Shown here piece after piece: positions 12,146-24,159 of a stretch of 64,000 nucleotides of DNA. The translations under genes were made by a program, and so were the position numbers. Below the pieces are notes generated by a model. It worked only from the letters and a program-made list of their open reading frames with translations. It ran no database searches and had not been told where the DNA came from. The DNA comes from Octopus sinensis (lineage: Eukaryota). Every line of letters begins with the position of its first letter. The stretch's first letter is position 1. The stretch spans positions 15,686,001 through 15,750,000 of the forward strand of contig NC_042997.1 of NCBI RefSeq assembly GCF_006345805.1, given 5' to 3'.

Positions 12146-12410
12146 TTTTTTTTTCTTCTTTCAAATTTGCTTCCATTTCTTGCCGAGTGTCTTCCCGACT
12201 CCTAGGGCAAAGAAACTCATAGTATACATTGGTAGGCTATTAAACCAAACTCAATAGTTCGTTCATTTTTTTAAATTTTTTTTTTAAGTTAAATTAAAAT
12301 ACATGAGCAGCAACAGTTCTCACATCGACAATGCTCTTCTCAATACGTGTGATGTACCAGTTAAGACAATTGATGTACCAGTTAAGACAATATTATTATT
12401 ATTATTATTA

Positions 12411-12443
<33 letters not shown>

Positions 12444-14029
12444 CGTCATTATTCTCCTGTTTGTATAATTCCTTGTAGAAATTGCGTTCACACCATTATT
12501 AATCCATTTGCTTTTGAACTTCTCTCCCTTTGAGAATCATTATCAGTGAAGTGGCCGTAACATTATCTAAAACTGGAAAACCTCAGACAAATCTTTCATT
12601 GTTAAAATTCGCGGTGGTTTTGCACGCTTGCTCTTATCATCTTAATTTTTAGCAGGGTGCTGTTCTATCTCGATTAGGTCTGCATTAGATGTTTCTTCAT
12701 CCTGAGACTCAAGTAACTCCTCTGTTTTATATTTTAAATATTGTCTTGACTTAAAAGAGTTGCCTCCCTATGAAGTAGACAGTAGACGTAAAAAGATTGG
12801 AACTTAGATGAGGCTTGTGAAAAAATGTGTGATGTGTGTCGTAATCCGTCATCGTTAATTAATTAATTAATTAATTAATTAATCAATCAATATTTCATTG
12901 AATTCAAAATTCAATAAGTTATAAAATAAACAAAAATTCAGTTTAACAGGCTACACTTTGCAAATTTTTACTTTAGTTTCACAAAATTTCCTTCGCAAAT
13001 TCGAAGTTATTTATCGACGTCAATCTCAAATTCGTCACCATCAGACACAATTTCCTAATCGTCAGTCTTGATTACATTGTCAACTATCTTGAAATTTATA
13101 GGCATAATTAAATCTCAGTATGAGATTGAAACAGTAATCGCTCGATAATGTAAAGTATAGAAGCCATCTTATCATGGCTAACCACATTGGGGAGGGGGTG
13201 TTACTGTAGCTTTATAGCCCCAAGAGATCTTCGTCTCTAGCTGGCTTTAGACACAATATCTGTGACCTTGGAGTATTTGCAAAGGGAGGCCATCCCTTCC
13301 TCGCAAGCCTGAGTGATACGCTCGAACTAGTTTCGGGATTGTTGTCCCTCGTCAACGGGCGTTGACAAATTTCTATTTCGTCATCGTCATATTAAATGTA
13401 AAAACTGGAGGATGGAGCAAAATTTTTTATGAACCTGCATTGACATCAGTAATCACTTAAAGAACTGTAAAAGACTATAAACATTAAAAGGTTCTGTGAT
13501 TTTGCATAATAAAGTTTTGGTGGTGATAGTGGTGGTGAAGAGGAGGAGGAGGAGGAGGAGGAGGCGACAAATGAGGCCACGGGAACGGGAACAAGAGAAA
13601 AATCCGGGCTGGTTGCGTGCGGTGAAGGAAGAGCTGTGAACCAATAAGTCACCCAGGTTTTGGGCACACTTAAAAGAAGAAAGGAGTGTATTTGGGAAGG
13701 TTTGAGAAGTTGCAAAGTCGAATTGGAAGAACAGGATGTATCATAGGAGGACGCAATACAAAGGTAAAAATGAAGAGATGGCCGCACTAACAACAACTCG
13801 AAATACAAAGCTAGCACAAATAAACCAAAGATGTTCATATCAGTCCAATTACGAAATATCCACAGGTGTGTCACAATTTTATAACAGATGTAAAATTTCT
13901 ATCTCATGTAATCAAGCAATGTATATAATTATATATGTATTAATTTAATGTATCAATTGACTATAAATATTTATAGCATGCTGACTACTTAAAAAAAAAA
14001 TCATTAACGTGATTTTTATCCTTATATTC

Positions 14030-14066
<37 letters not shown>

Positions 14067-14175
14067 TGTATGTATGTATGTATGTATGTATGTATGTATG
14101 CATGTATGTATGTATATATATATATGTATAGAGTGTTAGAAGTGGTGTACAAGTATTGAATATTGAGAAATATAT

Positions 14176-14345
14176 ACAACGAGTTTCTTTCAGTTTCTAT
14201 CTACAAAATGCACTCAGCATAAGTGCATGACTTGATCAGCATAAGGCTATAGCAGATAACTCCAAGGTGCTGCGCAGTGGGACTGAACCTGGAACCACGT
14301 GGTAGGGAAATAAGTTTCTTACCACACAGCCACCCATGCACCTAT
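14176..14345 (-). mobile_element. SINE family A, 5' half
   Basis: Reverse-complement head ...GGGACTGAACCTGGAACCACGTGG...CTTACCACACAGCCAC. Confidence 0.8.
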
Positions 14346-14663
14346 ATGTATAACTTATCGTTCACAGTTGTAAATTTGAAGAGAGTTTCATAGATGTACA
14401 ATTGCTCGACATATTTATATACTTCTTTACAGCGTCTTCAATCTTCAAATAGTACGAAGATCATTTTTTTTTCATGAAGGTTACTGCATGAACAAAAAGG
14501 CAAAATAAATATCTACATGACGTCTCTTAATTGGTGTTCATATTTTACGCAACAACGAGGTAACAATGTTCTAGAACGCATCAATAACACGAAGTTCAAT
14601 GATAACGTGACTGATAACATCTACCATAACAATATAAGTAAAACTATAATGAAAGAAAAGTAA

Positions 14664-14894
14664 GGCGGCGAGCTGGCAGAACCGTTAGCACGCCGGGCGA
14701 AATGCGTAGCCGTATTTCGTCTGCCGTTACGTTCTGGGTTCAAATTCCGCCGAGGTCGACTTTGCCTTTCATCCTTTCGGGGTCGATAAATTAAGTACCA
14801 GTTACGCACTGGGGCCGATCTAATCGACTTAATCCATTTGTCTCTCCTTGTTTGTCCCCTCTGTGTTTAGCCCCTTGTAGGTAGTAAAGAAATA
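14664..14894 (+). mobile_element. SINE family C monomer, 15-bp TSD
   Basis: Head GGCGGCGAGCTGGCAGAA, B-box GGTTCAAATTCC, GGTCGACTTTGCCTTTCATCCTTTCGGGGTCGATAAA (resembles Meta/MESC-type core from memory); TSD TATAATGAAAGAAAA at 14645-14659 and 14895-14909. Confidence 0.93.
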
Positions 14895-14909
14895 TATAAT
14901 GAAAGAAAA

Positions 14910-17110
14910 TTGTAGATATACACCCAGAAGAGCGCCGGAACTCAATCTTGACTTATAAACCGCAAGACTCACAAGAAAACAATTAAGAGATACTCAAACA
15001 AAACTAACTCGAAAGCGAAGTTTATGCAAGAAAACAACATGAAACTGAATTTTCTTCTTATTTACGCAAGAAGATTTTCAAGTCAATTTAATGTTAACAG
15101 AGAAAATTAAATGCATTAAATTTGTTCCAGAGGGAAAAGCCAGCATTCACAACAATTTAATTTTCAGAGACAGAGAAGACACGAGGAAAACAGAAAAGAA
15201 CGATTTTGAAATCACTGAAATAAATGAATCATGGACCACTGAAAAGGAAAACTAATAGAAATTGATAATAAAATGCTCCCATGAGAAAGAGGGGGCAGAG
15301 AGAAAAAGCAGGACTGAACAAAACAAAAAAAGCAAATCTTAAAGTTTTCAATAAATTTATAAAATAACTAGCAGTATCGCCCGGCGTTGCTCGGGTTTGT
15401 AAGGGAAATAACTATATAAGCATTTTTAGAGAGTTATAGCCAAAAATTAGCAAAAAAATGCATTAAAAATGGAAAAAAAATGACGGTAAATTTTTTCTTT
15501 TAATCGTTAACTCATCGTAGACATTTTTAGAGAGTTACTTCCCTTATATAATAGCGAAAAAATGCATTAAAATGGAAAAAAAATATGGTAAATTATTTTT
15601 AAAATCGTAGACTCATCGTAGACGTGCGATAATGCCCAGAAGGGCTCGATATGAATCATGACTATAAGATACCCGCTTTTGGTTAAACTGCACCGCAAAA
15701 TATGGGAGTAGTTAGGAATCTAAATCGTAGGAGACAGACACTCACACAACCTCACTTTTATATATAAAGATTAACTGCAGTGAGTTCTAAAATAGTGCCA
15801 TTGTTCCAAGGACATAGCTCGCTGCAGACCTCCAAAGTGTAAACGAAATACTAAATGAATAACTGAATTTTGTTTTTAGTTCCTCTGTGAAACACATGAA
15901 AATAAATCAGCCCCATACGTTTTTCAACACTACATCCTTATATTGGGAAGTGACAACTGTCGGTCATACCGATATAAAAGAAGATATAATATAAAATTAA
16001 GCTAAAATCAGCAATAGGTTAAAATATTTTCGGAAATTTCTCTTGAAAACATGCAAAAGAGCCCTAGCAAAATCAGATACTTTCTCGGATGTTTCCTAAC
16101 AAAATAAGCTCCCTCAAACGTTGAAAGTATGATATGCTCTGTTCATCAGGGAAAGAGTAGGGAAGATATTTAAAATTACAGGCCTAACTCTCTAACTTCG
16201 AAGTAAATTCATAGAACGAGTTATCAGAAGAAACTAATTCCGCGTTGAGAGTTCTATGAATTTTCAGCTTCTAGAGGATTTCGATTGGATACTGATACTG
16301 TTATTCAACTATTCAGATGTGGATGTGATACATCTCGATATTACGAATGCCTTCAACAAACGACCGTGAAGTGATGTCACAGACTACATGATCTAGACGT
16401 AGTTGGAAGACAAGGATAGAGGCTACATAACATTTTAAGAGAAAGAAGAAAAGCAGTTGCGGGTAAATTTGCTTTTTCAAAGGATACAACAATTCTGAGT
16501 AGAGTTTCTCGGGGGAATACTTTTGAGTTACTATTTATTGTAGCTCTCTCGAGCATGCTCCCGGTCATACTAACAGCTATTGTCACTAACAAAGCTGAAG
16601 ATACGAAAATTTCAAAAGTAAAGGGGATCTTCTGATAACATTAAACCACCCTCAGAAATAACCCAGTGCAATACACAAGTGAGCTGAAGGAAACAGCATG
16701 CAATTTCATGCTGAAAATTTCCAAATTTTCAAGCTCTTCGCAATCAGCTTTCTAACCTATTACAACAGGATACACAAGATAAGGAGAGATTACAAACCCG
16801 GAATCAGAATCATTGCATGACCTGGAGATCAAATTTAGTAATGAATTATCATTTCATGCACATATTACTAAAAAGGCAATAATTGACAGACAACTGGCAG
16901 AATGGCTTCTGAGGCAAAAAGAAAAAAAAAAAAAAGAATTTTAATGTTAGTCCTCTTGAGGACATTTGTCCTTAGTTGTCTAGATTAGTACTTTCAATTA
17001 TAATCACCGCATGATGCTCAAATGACTGTCTAATAAAGATAATTATCAATACTCAAGTTCGTTTATGTTATGACAGAATCAATCCTCAGAATATAAGGAA
17101 TGACCAATTA
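14910..17110 (+). mobile_element. Highly decayed CR1/Jockey-type LINE ORF2
   Basis: VHQGKSRED..NYRPNSLTS; DVDVIHLDITNAFNK; LFIVALSSML..AEDTKISK; many stops and frameshifts; interrupted by a Helitron. Confidence 0.7.
15368..15770 (-). mobile_element. Non-autonomous Helitron, complete
   Basis: Minus strand A|TCTTTATATATAAAAG ... CCCGAGCAACGCCGGG hairpin ... CTAG|T; no TSD. Confidence 0.88.
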
Positions 17111-17241
17111 CAATATAAATGGAAAAGATCTTCTTATAATAGACTCTCATATGATGCATTTACAAACACAAACATATATACATTTATACATTTATATAAC
17201 ATGCATGTGTGCGTGCGTGTGTATATATGTAAATATGTGCA

Positions 17242-17274
<33 letters not shown>

Positions 17275-17279
17275 CAATC

Positions 17280-17374
<95 letters not shown>

Positions 17375-17672
17375 CTCTATATATATGTGTGTGTGGCTAT
17401 GCACAAAGGAGAGATGGTTTGTTTTCATGCGTATTATACCTGTGTAAATATGGTGGATTGAGTAGATTTATGTGAACCCAAACGAGTATGGATGTATGGA
17501 TATAATGTGGCTATATATTTCAGCATATCGATCGGACAGCTAAACCAATAACAAGAGTATAATCAACCACAGCAACAGAAGCAAGAGCAGCAGAAAACAA
17601 AATTAACAACAGCAGCAGCCAAAATAAACAGAACCAAAGAAAAATAACATTATGATACTACTACTGCTGCTG

Positions 17673-17742
<70 letters not shown>

Positions 17743-17761
17743 AACAAATTTTATTTTTTTG

Positions 17762-17900
17762 CCCGCCTTTACGTTCTGAATTCCAATTCCGCCGGGTTGA
17801 CTTTGCGGTCGAAAAATAGTACCAGATAAACACTGGAGGTCAAAATAATTGACTTCCCCACCTCTCAACATAGTTGGCCTTGCACCAAAATAAGAAAGTA
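17762..17900 (+). mobile_element. SINE family C, diverged 5'-truncated copy
   Basis: AATTCCGCCGGGTTGACTTTGC..GTCGAAAAATAGTACCAG. Confidence 0.65.
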
Positions 17901-17944
17901 TTATTATTATTATTATTATTATACATACATACATACATACACAC

Positions 17945-19860
17945 CCAACAGATTTGTCTGCTGGAAAAAAAAAATTCTAACATCGGGCTACAACAACTAA
18001 CCTTAGATGCAAGAACTCTCCTAAGTGTCTTTGCTGTCCCTAATAACACTGTTTTCTGTAGCTGTACTAAACTGGGTTTTATGCCTATTTCCTCTATCCA
18101 TCTGTTCAGATCTTTAGGGATAGTACCCAATGCATCTATAACTACTGGGATACATGTTACCCGTACTTTCCATAGTCTTTGTAATTCAATAGCTATGTCA
18201 TTAATATGCATTACTCATTAATGCACAAGTTAATCTTAGATCTGTTTACTTCTCATTCCCTACTTCTTCCCTTGCTTCCTTAACCATGCTGCATCTCCAT
18301 TATGGTTGACTGGCTTATCCCAAATATTACTCCAGAACTTTCTAGCTCCTTCTGCATTAGGTTTCTCATCTTCAGTATTTCGTTTTCCACTATTTATTTG
18401 GTTATAAAATCTCCTCTGGTCTGTCTCAAATAATCTACTCTGTTGATATTGATCTATTCTTTTCTGATATCTGGAGAGCTTCCTTGCTACTGTTATGATA
18501 CGCTCTTCCAACTCTTCTAAGACTGTCCCGAATCCTTTCTATTTGACTAAGTATCTTTTCCCAAGGGAAGATTTGCATCTTATATTTCCTAACTTGTTTA
18601 GTTTCCAGGATTCTATTCTACTCAGATCGTGTCTTAAAGTCTTCACTTTATTCTTGTAGTCTCCTTTTCCACAATTGCTCTTTTTTTATCTTTCCCTGTG
18701 AGAAATATAATCTTCTGGTGACTACCACTACTCTTGCATAGGTCAGTAAATTAGTGTCTCCTATATTTTCAATATCTATCCTACTAATAACAGAATCTAT
18801 TTTCCTAGTAATTTCTAGCAGCTTTCTTCCATTGGTGCCTTTTAATGCTAGCAATCTTTTTCTTACTTCTTTACTCATTACTTCCTGCAACTCATCTAAA
18901 ATCTTCTGATCTTCCTCACTTAAATCACTTAAGCCGCCGTAGCCAGTCGTCCCTTACCTTTTGGTAGCGCTATTATTATTTTTTCCTTTAGATTATTCTC
19001 TGGTTTGCGCTGTATCTATTATGTTGTTGGAGGCGCAATCGCCCAGTGATTAGGGCAGCGGACTCGCGGTCGTAAGATCGCGGTTTCGATTCCCAGACCG
19101 GGCGTTGTGAGTGTTTATTGAGCAAAAACACCTAAAGCTCCACGAGGCTCCGGCAGGGGATGGTGGTGATCCCTGCTGTACTCTTTCACCACAACTTTCT
19201 CTCACTCTTACTTCCTGTTTCTGTTGTACCTGTATTTCAAAGAGCCGGCCTTGTTACTCTCTGTGTCACGCTGAATTTCTCTGAGAACTACATTAAGGGT
19301 ACACGTGTCTGTGGAGTGCTCAGCCACTTACACGTTAATTTCACGAGCAGGCTGTTCCGTTGATCGGATCAACCGGAACCCTCGTCATCGTAACTGACGG
19401 AGTGTTTCCTTCATTATGTTGTTGTTCGTCTTTCTTACTGCCTGGTCTTTCTTTTCCAGTTCTCTTGTGATCTCTTCCACCTCCAATTGTCAACGACTTT
19501 CTCCTAATAGCATTAGCTTGATCAACTAATCTCTGCTCAGTCATTTTAAACATACTCTTCTTTACCCAAAATGTGAACATCCATTTTCTATAGCCCCTTC
19601 TTTTAGGTTCACTTTCTAAGTAGCCTTGCATCACAATCCTGTTTTTTTTTTTTTCGCTGGTCCACTTCCTTCTCCTTGCTTTATTAGCTACTGATGTAGT
19701 ATTAGGATAACAGCTGTGGTCAGTCTGCATCATTACTGAACCACTGCCGAGCGAGAGGCCTTCCCTTCAGTTTCATTTTCGCTGTTACAACCAGTTTCTT
19801 TGGAAACTCATGTGTGTCATAAACTGAGGTAAGGTAAGGGTTGTCACCATCGTTACCACT
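17945..19860 (-). mobile_element. R4/Dong-like non-LTR retrotransposon relic lacking the RT domain
   Basis: N-term RRKWT..IVMQGYLESEPKRRGYRKWM..TEQRLVDQ; TNLLTY..WKRRL; RYQKRIDQYQQSRLF..FWSNIW..HNGDAAWL; then directly C-term DIAIELQRLW..IPVVIDALG..LQKTVLLGTAKTLRRVL. Confidence 0.8.
19029..19412 (+). mobile_element. SINE family B inserted in the R4/Dong relic
   Basis: Full-length family B; TSD ATTATGTTGTTG at 19018-19029 and 19413-19424. Confidence 0.92.
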
Positions 19861-19869
19861 ATTATTTTT

Positions 19870-20170
19870 CGACATCATTTGTCGCACCTTTGTGGTGGAG
19901 GAGTGGTACGTGCTGCAGTTTTTGCGTGTGGGGGTGGATATTGTATTGTACCAGTATGTTTCGTTACGGGATTTGGTTTGAACTTTCTGCTGTATTAGTT
20001 TTTATATTGTGTTGTTTGCGTAGCGCAGGTATCAGCCTTCTGTGGCGCATGTTCTGGGTTTTGTTCAATATGTTGTGTATTTACAGTATGAGTTTATTCT
20101 TGTATGTTTTCTTGTGGTGGGTTGGCTTTGCACAGAAGTGTGTGTAAATCAAAGATAAACTATTTCATAG
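19870..20170 (-). mobile_element. Possible decayed RLE-type LINE fragment (zinc knuckle to endonuclease region)
   Basis: Weak by-eye resemblance (FCAKPT..ENIQE; TYWYNTISTPT); several frameshifts. Confidence 0.3.
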
Positions 20171-20712
20171 TATTTATGATTATCTATCCGATCTTCTTTC
20201 ACTTTTTTGGTTGGCTTTGTTATGGGCTCCGTTTTTACAGCGTTTACTTTTTAAACTAAGCACCGCTGATGGACATGTGTTGATGTTTCTTTCGGAGTTG
20301 TAATTATAATCATAATTACCATTGATGCAACAGCGAGAGACCGAAAAGAAATAGCAGTGTGCATATATACAGAGGTCTTAAAATTTTACTCACACGTCTG
20401 CAGTTTACGTATAGGAATGTGTCTACATTTTTATGTACGTGTTGCTGTAATGGCTCATCAGTGGGGAGCTGTATTTTTGTATATATATATATATACTCCA
20501 TATAAGCAAAATCTTTCAGTTTCCTGAGATGGCTAACATTTAGACAGTTTTCTTTCATTGTTTTTACGGATTCTTAATTTCTGCTTCGTGATGGTTTCAG
20601 ATTTGATTTATCTTTCCAGCAGCTCACTGTCACATGTCCATGCTGTTTGGTATACGCTGCGAGATTTGTGTTATAACCATAATTCTAATTATTATTGATT
20701 ATATTATTATTG

Positions 20713-21019
20713 TTGTTGTTATTTCTACTGGAGGCACAAGGCCTCAGATTTGTGGGGAGGGGACTAGTCGATTACTTCGGCACCAGTGTTTCACTGGTAA
20801 TTAATTTATCGACCCGAAAGGATGAAAGGAAAAGTCAACCTCGGCAGAATTTGTACTCAGGACGTTGCGACCTTCAAATTCCACCGAGGTCGATTTTGCA
20901 TTCCATCTTTCGGGATCGATAAGTTAAGTACCAGTGGAACACTGGTGTCGATGTAATCGACTAGTCCCCCCGCCCACGAATTTGAGGCCTTGTGCCGCCA
21001 GTAGAAATAATAACAACAA
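20713..21019. repeat. Fold-back palindrome of two head-truncated SINE-C variant copies
   Basis: Arm 20713-20853 is the reverse complement of 20875-21019; 21-nt loop. Confidence 0.9.
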
Positions 21020-21048
21020 TAGCACATGTCCTCCACAGGACCAACATG

Positions 21049-21090
<42 letters not shown>

Positions 21091-21645
21091 GAGTGAGAGA
21101 ACAGTGCATGCCATCACTGGAGTAAAATATACGAAGCCCAGTATACCCATCATGACTACCTGTCAGGTAAGGGCACACTAGGCACATGCATCACAACCAT
21201 ATGTGCGCGACATGGTGATCCCCTATCAAGATAAACAGTGCGTTACATTGCAGGTGGGACTCAGAATTTTCTTCAGGTCTAGTAGCCCATCTCGCTCAAA
21301 AGGTCCCTAGATAAGGGTTGTTTAAGTGTGTTGAACGAAACCCCCATGTTTCCAAGGGTGAATTATCCAAACCCCAAAGAATTCCTCTTAAAACATGGCT
21401 ATGATGCTCAATCATCAACCTTAAACAAACCTTATTCAGGGAACTTTTGAGTGGAATGGGAACTTTTGAGCGGAACTTTTGAGCGTCCTGAAGAAAATTA
21501 TAACTGGGCTTCACCTGCAAGGTCATGCGCTGTTTATCTTGGTATGAGATCCTCATGTCGCGCAGATATGGTTGTCATGCATGTGCCTAGTGTACACTTA
21601 TCAGACGAATAGTCATGATAGATATATCGAGCTTCGTATATTTGT
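21091..21645. mobile_element. Two head-to-head copies of (AAT)n-tailed non-coding element U
   Basis: 21091-~21410 (minus) and ~21418-21645 (plus) both match 22298-22593. Confidence 0.8.
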
Positions 21646-21651
21646 ATCCTT

Positions 21652-22030
21652 TTTTTCTTTTATTCTTTTACTTGTTTCAGTTATTTCACTGCGGCCATGC
21701 TAGAGCACCACCTTTAGTCGAACAAATGGACCCCGGACTTATTCTTTGTAAACCTAGTACTTATTCTATCGGTCTCTTTTGCCGAACACACCAACATCGG
21801 TCGTCAAGCGATGGTAAAGGAACAAACACAGACACGCACACAAATACACTGACACACACACAAACACAAATACACGACGGGCTTCTCTCAGTTTCTGTCT
21901 ACCAAATCAAGGCTTTGGTCGGCTCGAAGCTATAGTAGAAAACACTTGCCCAAGTTTCCACATTGTATGATCGAACCTGGAACCATGTGGTTGGGAAGTA
22001 AGCTTCTTACCACACACCCACGCTGTGCCT
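21652..22030 (-). mobile_element. SINE family A
   Basis: Reverse complement of family A with internal deletions. Confidence 0.85.
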
Positions 22031-22265
22031 ATTTGTTTACTTTTCTATTTTTTATTTTTTATTTTTTTTCTCTGTCTTCCTCTTTTTCTCTCTCGCATGA
22101 CTTTGTAAATGAACAATCTGGTGTGTTTGTTTTAATGGCCTACCAATGTATACAGTACGTTTCTATGCTCTAGGTGTCAGGAAGACACTCGGCAAGAAAT
22201 GGAAACAGAATTGAAAGAAGACGCTAATGAAAAAGAAAATAATAATAATAATAATAATAATGATG

Positions 22266-22297
<32 letters not shown>

Positions 22298-22298
<1 letters not shown>

Positions 22299-22593
22299 GG
22301 GTTTGAATAGTTCACCTCTGGAAAGATGGGTGGTTCTTTCTACATCCTTAAACAACCCTTATTCAGGGACCTTTTGAGCGGGATGGGCTACTCAACCTGA
22401 AGAAAATTCTAACTGGGCCCCACCTGCAAGGTCATGTGCTGTTTATCTTGATATGATATCACCATGTCGCGCACATATGGTTGTGATGCATGTGCCTGGT
22501 GTACCCTTAACAGACGGGTAGTCATGAAGGGTATATGGGCTTCGTATATTTTACCCCAGTGTCACTTTGATGACATGCACAGCTCTCTCACTC
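22298..22593 (+). mobile_element. Element U copy ending GCTCTCTCACTC(AAT)n
   Basis: Fixed 3' end, variable 5' end, flanked by (AAT)n; no ORF. Confidence 0.8.
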
Positions 22594-22631
<38 letters not shown>

Positions 22632-22632
22632 T

Positions 22633-22897
22633 GTGTTTCGTTCAACATCCTTAAACAATCCTTATTCAGGGACCTTTTGAGCAGGATGGGCTACTCGACC
22701 TGAAGAAAATTCTAACTGAGCCCCACCTGCAAGGTCATGTGCTGTTTATCCTGATATGAGATCACTATGTCGCGCACATATGGTTGTGATGCATGTGCCT
22801 AGTGTACCCTTATCAGACGGGTAGTCATGATGGGTATACTGGGCTTCGTATATTTTACCCCAGTGTCACTTTGATGGCATGCACTGCTCTCTCACTC
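22633..22897 (+). mobile_element. Element U, second tandem copy
   Basis: Highly similar to 22298-22593; same 3' end. Confidence 0.8.
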
Positions 22898-22931
<34 letters not shown>

Positions 22932-22934
<3 letters not shown>

Positions 22935-23061
22935 GAGCACTTGCAGAAAACAGCACTGCTTGAAACCGCTCGAATACTCCGGAAGGTGCTCGAAAAATAA
23001 GAGGTATTACCTTAGTTCACTGGTAGTGATTGATGACACTGTAGTACATCTGTGCAAAGGC
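22932..23061 (+). mobile_element. R4/Dong-like extreme 3' end
   Basis: MEHLQKTALLETARILRKVLEK* then short UTR, between (AAT)n and (AAC/AAT)n. Confidence 0.7.
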
Positions 23062-23104
23062 AACAATAATAACAACAATAATAATAATAATAACCTTTAA
23101 CCTT

Positions 23105-23490
23105 TAGGATGGACAAACAACAGTGCCTAATATTCGACGTAGCAGTGCTAGGAGATCAACATATTATCATGGAAGAAAGAGAAAAAGTTGATAAGTATGG
23201 ACACCTGAGAATTGAGATCGCTAAGATGTGACAGCTAGGTGAGTCGAACATAAAGATTATCCCTATTGTCATCGAAGCATTGGGTTCAATACCACCCAAT
23301 CTGAAAACCTTAGAAATACCCTAGAATCTATATGTATTGCAAAAGTCGGCATTACTTGGAACTGCACGCATATTGCGTAAAGCACTGTCTGTCTAAGGTC
23401 CTTGTTGTGACTTGACAAACAGTAAAAACCCCCAGTAGACACAATATCTTCAACGAACAACCTCACGATATTGTATATTATGCGACGTCT
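23105..23490 (+). mobile_element. R4/Dong-like 3' fragment (RLE domain)
   Basis: CLIFDVAV..EEREKVDKYGHLRIEIAKM..IIPIVIEALGSIP..LQKSALLGTARILRKALSV*. Confidence 0.8.
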
Positions 23491-23504
23491 ATTATAATAA
23501 TGAT

Positions 23505-23682
23505 AATCCGGAAATTTTGAGGGAAGGCACTAGTCGATTACACTGACCTCAGTGCTCGACTGGTCATTAATTTTATCTACCCCGAAAGGATGAAAGGCAA
23601 GTCGACCCCGGTGGAATTTGAACTCAAAACGTAAAGCCATTGAGCATTGTGCTCGGCGTTCTAACGATTGTACCAGCTGGCC
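23505..23682 (-). mobile_element. SINE family C, diverged
   Basis: CCCGAAAGGATGAAAGGCAAGTCGACCCCGGTGGAATTTGAACTC. Confidence 0.8.
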
Positions 23683-24159
23683 AGTACAATAACAACTACA
23701 GCAACAACAGAAGAGACAGCAACAGCAGCAGCCGTCCAAGAATTTGAACCTGGAGATCACCTTTTCCAGCGATTTCGAGGGCCACCTCCCAGTGGTGTCG
23801 GGCGTCGACGGAGAGCCCTCGACTACAACAAGACGACCAAGTTTTTTTTTTTTTCGAAGGTCTGGGGGTCTCCCGCCCCTAAAACCCTAGACCATCACCT
23901 AATCACCCTTACCCGTCTTGTTGCTTAACAACAACAACAACAACAACAAGCAGCAGCAGCAGCAGTAGCAGCAGTGGGGCCAAAGAGTCAATGACAGCAA
24001 TAAAAACCATAGGAACATCACCGAGAACAGTAACAGCAACGGAGGTAGCAACAACAACAACAACAACACAAATAGTAACAGTGACCAAACAATAGAAACA
24101 ACAACAGCAACAACAACAATAACAATATGAGCGGCAGTAGATATAACAAAGGTAGTTCA

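Noticed and set aside
13446-13874. Purine-rich, coding-looking stretch (GGDSGGEEEEEE..CKVELEEQ)
   Set aside because: Several in-frame stops, no recognisable domain or splice structure
23878-23915. Telomere-like CCTAA/CCCTA words
   Set aside because: Irregular, with no true tandem (TTAGGG)n or (TTAGG)n
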